A stretch of 47,308 nucleotides of DNA from NCBI GenBank assembly GCA_018398765.1, contig JAHBMJ010000438.1, positions 1 through 47,308 on the forward strand, given 5' to 3'. The notes beneath the pieces are model-generated. The model was given only the letters and a program-made list of their open reading frames with translations, ran no database searches and was not told the DNA's origin. This document shows, piece by piece, positions 37,831-47,308 of the stretch; position 1 is the stretch's first letter, and each line of letters begins with the position of its first letter. The position numbers and the translations under genes are program-made. This DNA comes from Chromera velia. Taxonomy: Eukaryota.

Positions 37831-39562
37831 TCTCTCTCTCACCTGGTCTTAATCTCTTCTCTCCATTCTTTCTCTCCCTTTCTCTCTTGCATTTTAACAC
37901 TAAAAGTCATTTTACTTTTGGAAGCCTTTTGCCCCTCTGCCAGATGACCTCAGATTGGAACCAGAAAGTCATTCAGATAAAGGAAAAATTATGCTGCGTG
38001 TGCTTTTTCTTCAATTGTAAACTGTTTGTGGTATAGGTTAGACCTGTGCGGGCCGGCCAAGGAGGTCTAATGCATCTAGGCACTTTCCTTGGAAGCTGCA
38101 CGTCGGACATTCGGCATTGGGGCGGGAGGCCAATCCTCCGGACATAAATCCTAATCCTAATCAAATCATATCAAATCTAGTCACTACACAGTTTTTTGAG
38201 TTTTGTATCTGTTAGATGCTTAGACGCTCTTCCGGCTTATTTATGCTTATGATCACAGCATAAAGGAGCCAAGCGCTCCAGTTGAGTCTCTTGCCTATTA
38301 GATTTGTCTGGATCGATCGGTTTCTCTATACATGATTTTGAATGCTCTCAATTACTCGATTAATTGCAAAACATGCAAGCAACACTTTGTAACACTGAAC
38401 CGATCATGCGATGCGCCCCGCGGCCCGCCACTCACTTATATCATGGCATGCCGGGCCCGGTGCGACGCGGCCTCCAACAGTATCACTTTTCTATCAGTTA
38501 GCTAAATTTTTATAACTTTTCTAACCCAGTTAAATTCTAACATATATCCTAGCATATATCGAACATTTTAAGTTATATTGAAAACAAATTATATGTCTAG
38601 TTTCCAATATTTAATAATTAATTAAATTATAGCTAAAGTCTAATAGAGTCTAAGCTACTTATAGAGCGTAGAGTTTGTGTAAGTTTCCTAACTTGGAATT
38701 TCTGTCAGTGTTGCTTTGCCGCCATGTCACTAGCTAAATCATCAATGACTCGCGATCATCATTGGAAAAGTGAATGAATGGAAGAATGAATCATGTCCTG
38801 CGTCTTTGCAAATCAGGAGACAGGGGCTGTAGATGCATGCAAACCGACCGGTGCTCGAATGGATCAGTCTCAACCTACTAGGTCTCGACAACACGCACGA
38901 AGTCTGTCGAAAGAGTAAAACAAAAGGAAAATGAGGAAACGGTACCGTATGCAGCTGCTTGCTGCATACATGGTGCTCGATGGTCGGTTAGCCAGTCTAC
39001 GGTCTGTCTGTCTGTTTGCACGCAAGCGTTACATTCATTCGACCGTTCAATCGGACGAAATGCACGGAGTTCAATGGAAGCATGACGAGCAAGGAAATGT
39101 AAAATGAAGCAGCAATGCAGTGACTGACAAGGAGAGGGACTGGACGAGGATGAACCTCAGGCCGTGAAAACCCAGCAGGTTGGACAGTTCCTCGGGACGG
39201 AATCGAATTGGATACGGAAGGGCGGTCACGAAAGCACGAGATCAGTCCTCGCACGACTGAAAGTACAAAACGAAAGAGAGAAACAGAGAGACGAACGACG
39301 AGCAACTGCGTCCTGCGCTCTCCTCTCCTCTCAGCTCAGTGCCTTTCCGCATGCACAAACAAGTAGACATGCAGAAAGGACCAAGGCACTGCGCACATTC
39401 ACTCAGTTACCCACCCCACCCCAAAATTAGAGAAGGCCCACCAACATGGACTTCCATGAATTCAGACGAGCTTTAATTAAATACAAATCATGCATTCATG
39501 TTTTCATTCAACTACGGAGGTCTCGATCGCCTCTCTTCTTTCTCGTTGCTTTCTCAACTTCT

Positions 39563-40283
39563 TCACTTCTTCTTTGCAGAAGGCAGGTTGACCCCCAGCG
39601 CCCTGTTAAGCTTCTGGATGATGGCTCCATTGGGGATCGCTCTTCCTGCCTCGTAGTCTCCAATCACAGCAGGCTTCTCATTGATTGCCTGTGCGAGGGC
39701 TGCCTGGTTCATCTTCTTTGCGAGACGGGCTGCCTGGAGGGCCTTGGAGAAGTCCTGAGACACCTTCTCGTGCCGAAAGTTCTCGGTCTCAGCCTCCAGC
39801 TTGGCGGCACTGCAGGGAAAGAACAGAAGTCGGAGGGTCAGTCGAGAGTCTTTTGAGTGATGAACACGTACACGTACATGCGTGAAGAAGTGAGAGAATG
39901 GGTGATTCGGGTTAGGAAGAGAGTGAGTCAGCGAAACGACGAACGGGCAGACAAGCAGGCCCGCAGATGTCAACATGGACAGAGAGACAAATGTGACGCA
40001 CTCAGAGACCACACATCACTCATATGACTCTTCACAGCTCCTTCTCACGAAGGCAGAACAGACCAAACGGTCAGAAAGCTCTTTCGTGTCTGAATCTGTG
40101 TCCGCGTCTCCTCTTTTCCGTAATGCCGGCGAATCAGAACAAAGCTTCCAAACCAGGGGACAGGGAGAAGCAGTGGACCAGTCGAATAAATCCTCGGAAA
40201 AGACGGTACATTGCATCGCGAGAAAGGGACGGGCAGCGGCGGGAACACGCACGCACGCACGTACACGCGCACACGCACGCGCG

Positions 40284-40314
<31 letters not shown>

Positions 40315-40979
40315 GCACGCACGCACAGCACGCACACTCATGACGCACCCACACTCTCAAGTACGCTGCAGAAGGCTTCTCGACATCGCCCTACTACATC
40401 ACCGCAAACCACAGACCAGACAAACCACGGGCCAGACAATGATGGGGAGCACACAATACATAAACACAAACCAGACAAACCACAGTGAGGACCCGGTAAC
40501 AGCCACATACAGGAAGACACAGTATAAACACAGGTATTCTCATCCCGGCTGGACCTCATCTCCTCCCCACATATCACAAGGACAGCCAAAGAAAAGGGCA
40601 CTCGAATGCAAAAACGATCACGTGAGCACTTTGATAGATGAAGAGGCGGGAGATTCTGTTCAAGAGAGTAAACTCACTTTGTGCAGAGACCTCCCTTGGT
40701 CGCCTTGTTCTGCCCTCCAAGGACTGCATACAGGGGGGAAAGGTGTCAAGTCACTGATGCACGCACAGAGTCTGCATGGGTGTGAGAGTGCTGGAAAACC
40801 TATTGAGGCGCTTAGATCAAGTAGGAAGTGGGGCGGTTCTTTGTCCACTGACACTTCTTCTCTGTTGAGACAGCCTCTCCCTTTCGCAGAGCAGAGTTGA
40901 CTGCCTTGGTGTCAGAAGCCTTGGCTCCAGTAGGCCTCCTCTTGTCCCAAGTAACAGTGCCCCAGTCCTGGTGTGACAT
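39563..40979 (-). CDS. MBF1: Multiprotein bridging factor 1 (HTH transcriptional coactivator / collided-ribosome factor)
   Basis: Exons 40979-40853, 40723-40678, 39809-39563 give MSHQDWGTVTW...VNSALRKGEAVSTEKKFLGGQNK...NAAKLEAETENFRHEKVS...ARLAKKMNQAALAQAINEKPAVIGDYEAGRAIPNGAIIQKLNRALGVNL, a canonical MBF1. Confidence 0.96.
40245..40336. repeat. Intronic (CA)n/(CG)n/(CACG)n alternating purine-pyrimidine microsatellite
   Basis: Visible in MBF1 intron 2. Confidence 0.9.
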
Positions 40980-41855
40980 GTTGTGTGTCAAAGAGATGTT
41001 AGTGGGCGATCCAGAAGGTTCGGTGCAATGCGACAGTTCGTTCTTTCCTTCCTTCGAAAACGATACGTTCAGACAGCTCAGTCAGTACGATGGCACGTGC
41101 AGGGATGTTCGAAATGGATCGGAGGATCGATAGACTACAAGAAAAGGCAGAGCTCATTCAACTTGAACAACACACAAGAATCGGCTGCCAAAACCCGGCC
41201 ATGCATTTCAATTGAAGCCGTAAATCTTCGAAGGCCATCGAAATCCATCGAAGGCCACCGCGCGCATCCGAACACTCGAATTGGCCCCGGAAAGCTCTTG
41301 CACGACGAGACGTACCGAAAACGTACTCTTTTATGCGCGGTCCGACCGGGTCCATGCATGCGTGCATGCAGCGCTAGCTCCCGGCCCGACGGCCTTTGCT
41401 TATACAAGCTTGCCGCAGTGCTGAGATGTGCTGAGTGCTCCCAATTTTTAATTGCTGTGTCAGTTATTAATATTTTTCTGCAAATCTGTATTAATACATC
41501 GATACCTGTTTAGATACAGACGATTAAATTATAATACAGACGATACATTAATTCACACGTATACATCGATATTAATATATTCATTAACGCGTCTGTGTTT
41601 ATACGAAACGTACGAGCTGCCAGCAATACACTCAATTCGAATCCAATTCGAATTAAACACCGACCATCTGTGAGATCTCATTTCTTCCTCACAATTTTCG
41701 AACGAAGAACCAACTCATCGATTGGGTCGCCCTCAAACGATCAGTCTGCCTTTGCCTTTGATTGTCACGCAACATCAAGTACCTTTACCCAGAGCCAAAT
41801 CTTTGAACTCCTGTTTCAAGTGCCGTGCCTTGATCGAGACTTGAGCCCTGGAAAA
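40980..41855. promoter_or_regulatory. Putative bidirectional promoter/UTR region between MBF1 and HOP1
   Basis: Head-to-head start codons are ~880 bp apart. The region contains TGCATG motifs near 41355-41370 and an AT-rich core. Confidence 0.5.
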
Positions 41856-43784
41856 ATGAATTCCCAAAAGCAGGCGCAAGCCACCAAACAAGACCTGACC
41901 CAAAAGACTAGTACCGCTCTTGTGCGCAAGACCATTCGAGCCTCTCTCTCTTCGGTTTTCTATCTGAGAGGGATGTTTGATCCCGAATGCTTCGAAGATA
42001 AAGAGCTCGGGGGCATCCCTCTGAAGATGCTGAAAGGCAGCGCTGAAATCCCTGCTGGGTCTGAAACCTGTCATCAGATCGCAACGTGGATGCAAACAGG
42101 TTCGGCCTCAATTCTTTGTTTGCGATCCAACAGGTGCTCATGCTCCAAGGCTTGTTCATCGACTCTTGTTGCGCATGCACGCACGCACGCAGGGGTTGAA
42201 GATGCCATTGAGAAGAAGTACCTGAAGACCTGCCAGTTCTCAGTGCACTCCTCAAGCGACGATCGAATCCTTGAGGGCTACAGATTCTGCTTCTCCTACG
42301 ACGAAGGTATCAGCTGCGGCGTCGAGTGCAGCCGAGGAGATCAGACTTCGAAAAAGGATCTGAAGTATCTGAATCGCAATGAGGCAAAGAACGAAGGTAA
42401 TTTCACGGGCATGGTTGCTGCCGCCCTTCGACTGGAGTGTAAAAGACACCCACCTGTTTTGATTCTCTGCAGCCGATGCGCTTTTGAGGTCGCTCATTTC
42501 TCTTACTGAGCATCTCCGCCCTCTGCCCGCCGAGAAGGAAAGGTACCTGACATTCAGACTGAGCTATTATGACAACGTGCCGGATGACTACCTTCCTGCT
42601 GGGTTCAATGAGACTGACGCCGACACCGGGAGAGATTTCGCAGATGGAGTTCAAGGCCACAAGGTGAGGGCGTTGTGGAGATCGAGGGCGTTGAGCTTCT
42701 CAGTAGTTGTTGTGCCGTCACACAACTCTTCTTCCTGCTTTCAGATCGGGCACATCAACACTGGGTATCACAGCCTGTCCGTCAACTGCCGAACGGTGGC
42801 TGACCTCGATCCTGCGCACAACGCCACTGAGAAGACGGTCACGGTCGACTGTCCCACCGATGAACCTACAAAGCGCTCCCAGAAGGCCACCAGCATCGAG
42901 AGTGCGCCGACCGGTAGGTTGATGGTCAGAAGGAAAGCTTCCTGCAGACGACTGAGCGTCTTGCAACCGGGCTGTTACTCCGCCTTGATGCAGACTTCCT
43001 CAGGATCGTCGCTGAACTTGTGAATGAGAAGGGGCCTCTGACCTCCAAAGCCATTCAGAAGGAGCTTTCCAATCTCAGCGCTGTCGACGTGGCAGGAGCA
43101 GTGATGGAGCTTCTCGAGCAGGGTGTGTTCTTCAAGCCTCCCAAGAAGATGTCGCTTGAGATCGTTCCCGATCGATTCGCTGAGATGTTCGGCCATCAGG
43201 TGGATGATGAAGTCAGCTGTCCGACTTTCCTTCTCATTCCGTCCGTTTCGTTCAATTCAGGGCTTTGTCTTGACGAAGTTGCCAACTCCTGCAGGAGTTC
43301 GAGATTCAGTTCCAGCAATTCGTCGAACAAGTGATGGCCGGCATTCGGGCGAGTGGCCAGAGGGAGGTCACGACCGCTGGCATTCAGATGCTGGCAGGTG
43401 ACGATATCGAAGTCGAGTTCAGGGACGCTCTGATCCAAACGATGACCATGGCGGGATTCTTGAAGCAGACCTCGGAGTCGACCTGGAAAGTCAAGAGCAC
43501 AAAGAGGTGCGCAGAACTTCAAAGGCAAATCTTGTTCCTCGTAGTAACAAAGAGTGAACTGAGGCGGGTCCTTCATTCGTGCAGGAATCGAGAGGCCGAA
43601 GCGACCTTTCTGCCGGCACAGAAGAACAACCAGGTCTCCTCCATCGACATCACTGATGCTCGAAGCCAGCGGGCAGAGAAGAGAAGGTCGGTGAGATCTT
43701 CTCGTGTGTTCTTCCTCGTCATGATATTCGAAGTAAGGGAACGCCTCGCCTCCCTTCATGCTCTCATGCAGGAGGAGAGAGTAA
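41856..43784 (+). CDS. HOP1: Meiotic HORMA-domain protein (Hop1/ASY1/HORMAD family) with two predicted C-terminal winged-helix domains
   Basis: Exons 41856-42099, 42193-42396, 42473-42663, 42745-42913, 42994-43211, 43295-43506, 43585-43686, 43772-43784 (last exon least certain). HORMA motifs: SSVFYLRGMFDPECF, WMQTGVEDAIEKKYLK, ILEGYRFCFSY, LLRSLISLTEHLRPLP, RYLTFRLSYYDNVPDDYLPAGF, IGHINTGYHSLSV. Confidence 0.9.
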
Positions 43785-44628
43785 GCCTGGGATCAGTGGT
43801 GCTCCCCGGGCCTTCGAGCTTCGAGCTCCGATTGACAGCTGCTCGTCAATCTGCACGGTGTCTGACTCTGACTCGTTCAATCTGGAATCAGTGGTGCTGT
43901 CTGGAAGCTTCTGTCAATCGATCGCTCTTCGATCTTATGTACAGGCGAAACTGGGTGGGATTTTTCTAGTAGTCTTCTACAAGTAGTTCCATATCGCATC
44001 GTACGTACGATTCAAGTTGCTTCGATCGAGTGTGAAGTAATTGAACTGACGAGCTTTAAATTAGTATCTTTCAATCTTACTAACCGTCTTACAAACGAAT
44101 AGAAACTACCAAGGATTGAGGTCATTCAGTATTTGTACGTACTATATACTATCTTATCACTGCAGCCATAATTACGAAGCCAAATTGTAAAACAATATGT
44201 ATAGTAGTATTCAAATTTTTTTTTTTTTGTTATTTCATAGTGTCTAGCATGGTGTACTGAACTTAAATTTCAAAATAATTTTTTAATCATTTATGTTTTG
44301 GAAGTTCACTGGCACCTATAAGACTTAAATCATCTATCGATAAATTTATCAGTTTTTAACCGATTATATTAAGTATAAAGTTGTTGAATACCGCATACCG
44401 ATCATACCTAAGGTCGGCAGGGAGTATAAATTTAAATGTATAGTTTTTTTTTATGTGACTGCACAAGACGCATATGCCCGTAGCTGTAATAGGCCAACCT
44501 AGTTTTTCAGAAAGAAAAAGATGTATGGCAACAATATTTGTGTACGTAGCATTATGTAGCATCAATAAACGCTATGTCTAATTATATTTTTAAAGGTATC
44601 TAAAGGTTCTGTTATTTATTGACTTTAA

Positions 44629-44860
44629 CTCCCCTGACACTCCAGTCTGTCTTAAAGTGGATTTTTCAATGCTGGTCACGCCTGCGGTGCGGTTCCTTCA
44701 AGACTGTCTGCACCTTTTACAAGAAAATTTTAAGTATACTTTATTTTGGCCGCGCCTTCGGCGCACTACCTTCAAGTTAAGCCACGCCTGCGGCGCAGGC
44801 GTTTCAAGTCTGGCCGCGCCTACGGCGCGGTGTTTCAAGTTTACTGGAGTGTCAGAGGGG
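44629..44860. mobile_element. Small (~230 bp) TIR element with four internal GC hairpin repeats
   Basis: CTCCCCTGACACTCCAGT (44629, preceded by TTAA) pairs with ACTGGAGTGTCAGAGGGG (ends 44860). Internal CGCC-TNC-GG(C/T)GC units lie near 44675, 44748, 44781 and 44812, each followed by TTCAAG. Confidence 0.7.
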
Positions 44861-46901
44861 TTTTCACTTTATAACTGCCAAGATTCGATCTTTTCCAAAT
44901 TTGTTCTCTCTATATATGAATCATTAGTCAGAGAGAACGGTCAGAGTCTCCAGCTTTCTATCTACCTATGTCTACCATTCTTTTCTGAAGGTTTCTTTTG
45001 TTTCAAATAGTTTCAAACTGTAGAATTGTTGTGCGTCTCCTTTGGCTTCTGTTGGATTTAGTTGGATTCAAGCTCTTTTGGAAGCTCTTCTGGCCACCCG
45101 CACGCACGCGCCCAGCATTCGGCCGCGGCGCGGCTCGAGATGAGGTCGGGGCCGCGCGCGTCGGGGACAGACCCCGCGGCCGCAATGAGTCCGTAACACA
45201 TTCCCCTTTCTTACAAGAGCGATTCCACGCGCTCTTCTTGCCCGTTTCCCACTCGAACTACTCCTCGACGATCCATACCACGTTCCCCTTTCTTACGAAG
45301 GCGGTTCAAACCTGTGCTATTGTTAGGAAAGAGGACAGTTGGGTTCGTTCGGGGTTGTCGCAACTGTGGATCGTCAAGCCGTCTCCTTTACTTTTTGCTC
45401 CGTAATCGAGTCAAGTTTGGTCCTGTCGGTTGGCACACCTGAGGACAGAAAGCGCAGAATATTTTGAGTGCCTTCTGTAATTCTTGAGATGGGGAAAGGG
45501 AATAAAACGTGGGCATGGCGTCTTCGCAGCCAGGGGGACTTCACAAGGACAGCGAACAGTTTGCCGTCTCTTGCCGTCTCCTCTGAGTTTCCGGTTTCCT
45601 ATGCGGATGTACGTATGTCATGCTGCTGCGATTCTTGGCATCCACACTTCCCTAGCCCGCTTTGCGCTTACTCTCCCTCCTTCTTGGTTTGTCTTTCCGC
45701 ATCTGACATTTTACTTCTGCCTCTCATCATGCGCGGCTTGTCTTCGTTCCATCCTTACCGTCCGTCTACGTGTCCGACTCGTAGAAATGTGACAGCAAAC
45801 ATCGCGTCGGTTGTGTTCATCGCAGCAGCAGCTTGCTCTCTACATGAGGAGTGCTGATGCTGCTGTGGGAGACCTTTGATGTCTTCCTTTGGGTTTGCTT
45901 CCATCTGCATATTGCTTCCTCCATCTTTCTGCTATGCGTTGTTGTCAATGCTGCTCTAAGTTTCATTCCGTCAACGTGGTTCGGATTGCATTTGCGGCTA
46001 CGCAGATGTTCTTGTACGTGTGCTTCTACTATGCGTCTATGCACGCAGATGCGGCTCTGCTTCTCTCTCTTCTTCAATCGATCGTCTTCATCGTACAGGG
46101 CTTCGATGGGCTTCGACGGAATTGTTTGGACCCTTCCGGCTTGCCTGCATGCTTGCCCGGCTGCTTGATGTGTGCTGCAAAAGGCATGGAAGTTTATGAC
46201 CTCTCTCCGGTCATTTGGATTGGGGTCACCGTGTCGCCAGTGCGTTGTAGCGTAGAGGGGAGACTAGCGAGCTCACGGAAAGGTTTTGCCTTAATCGATG
46301 GCCGTCGATGGCCCCGCAGACGTCCTGATTTGCTACAGGTCAGGAGACTGTCTCTACTACGTGCTCTGCTTCTGTGAGAAAAAAACCTGCATATCTTCAA
46401 TACTGCAAAAATTCGTAAGCGGGGCTTGGGACTGTTTTGGGATTTGGTGGTCTGCTTCTCTTCTTCGGTTCCTCTGTTTTCAGAGGATGACGGTGGCGTG
46501 ACAGCGCTCTCGTTCGAACAGTTTGTGCTTAATGACTCACTGGGCCTACAAACGATGCCAATCTGCCTTGAGAGTTTTACGACTCTGGGGCTCAGGGCGG
46601 TTACCTTCTGTATTTCTTTTCCTTTCACTCCCCTCGTTCAACTGTGTGGAGCTGTCTGCTCGTTCTTCGCCCATCGTGATGTCCTCTCAGCAGGCTATTT
46701 CGTACACAATCCGGCTGACAACGGATCGTTGGATGACTCCGCCTTTCATGGAGTCTTTCATGTGCCCTCTCTGCAATTCTCTGCGTACGTACTGCAGGTT
46801 TTCCGTGTTGCCGCTTGCGCAGCCAAGTGCCAAATCGGGCCGTGACGGTCGGCAGGAGTCGCGAAGAGCACTCTCTGACGTGGGTAGTCTCTCCTCATGC
46901 G

Positions 46902-47308
46902 ACCTGTCATCAGATCGCAACGTGGATGCAAACAGGTTCGGCCTCAATTCGAAACATTGACCATCTGTGAGAACTCATTTCTTCCTCACAATTTTCGAAC
47001 GAAGAACCAACTCATCGATTGGGTCGCCCTCAAACGATCAGTCTGCCTTTGCCTTTGATTGTCACGCAACATCAAGTACCTTTACCCAGAGCCAAATCTT
47101 TGAACTCCTGTTTCAAGTGCCGTGCCTTGATCGAGACTTGAGCCCTGGAAAAATGAATTCCCAAAAGCAGGGGCAGGCCACCAAACAAGACCTGACCCAA
47201 AAGACTAGTACCGCTCTTGTGCGCAAGACCATTCGAGCCTCTCTCTCTTCGGTTTTCTATCTGAGAGGGATGTTTGATCCCGAATGCTTCGAAGATAAAG
47301 AGCTCGGG
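46902..47308 (+). pseudogene. Rearranged partial duplicate of the HOP1 5' region, running off the window end
   Basis: 46902-46950 is identical to 42066-42114. 46959-47308 matches 41662-42011 with about 3 substitutions, and the ATG copy is at 47153. Confidence 0.85.

Noticed and set aside
44998..46900. Overlapping ORFs on both strands upstream of the HOP1 duplicate
   Set aside because: No convincing protein motifs; possibly a decayed remnant, but unsupported.

Overview
Eukaryotic genomic DNA with spliceosomal GT-AG introns, intronic microsatellites and G/E-rich low-complexity protein insertions. The style suggests an alveolate, possibly a chromerid such as Chromera; this is inference only. 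I could splice six genes by hand with consistent exon phases: (1) a 5'-incomplete gene of unknown function (+, <9-5964); (2) an 8-exon Hrq1/DUF1998 DEAH helicase (+, 14968-21640); (3) a secreted protein with two Cys-rich + LRR/L-domain-like modules and an apparent frameshifting deletion (-, 24194-27547); (4) a METTL27/WBSCR27-like SAM methyltransferase (+, 28296-29796); (5) MBF1 (-, 39563-40979); (6) a divergently transcribed HOP1-like meiotic HORMA gene with two predicted winged-helix domains (+, 41856-43784). AT-rich tracts between the genes hold decayed mobile DNA: an LTR-retrotransposon gag relic, a ~900-bp foldback palindrome, a hAT-type MITE with a perfect 8-bp TSD, a TIR element carrying a CRE-like LINE tail, a small hairpin-array MITE, tandem repeats and a MYND pseudogene. 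The two most notable signals are a circularly permuted near-identical copy of the HOP1 5' region joined at a 6-bp microhomology (an eccDNA-reintegration-like signature) and repeat divergence dominated by C>T transitions at CpG and CpA (methylation- or RIP-like). No CRISPR array, rRNA or tRNA was recognised.
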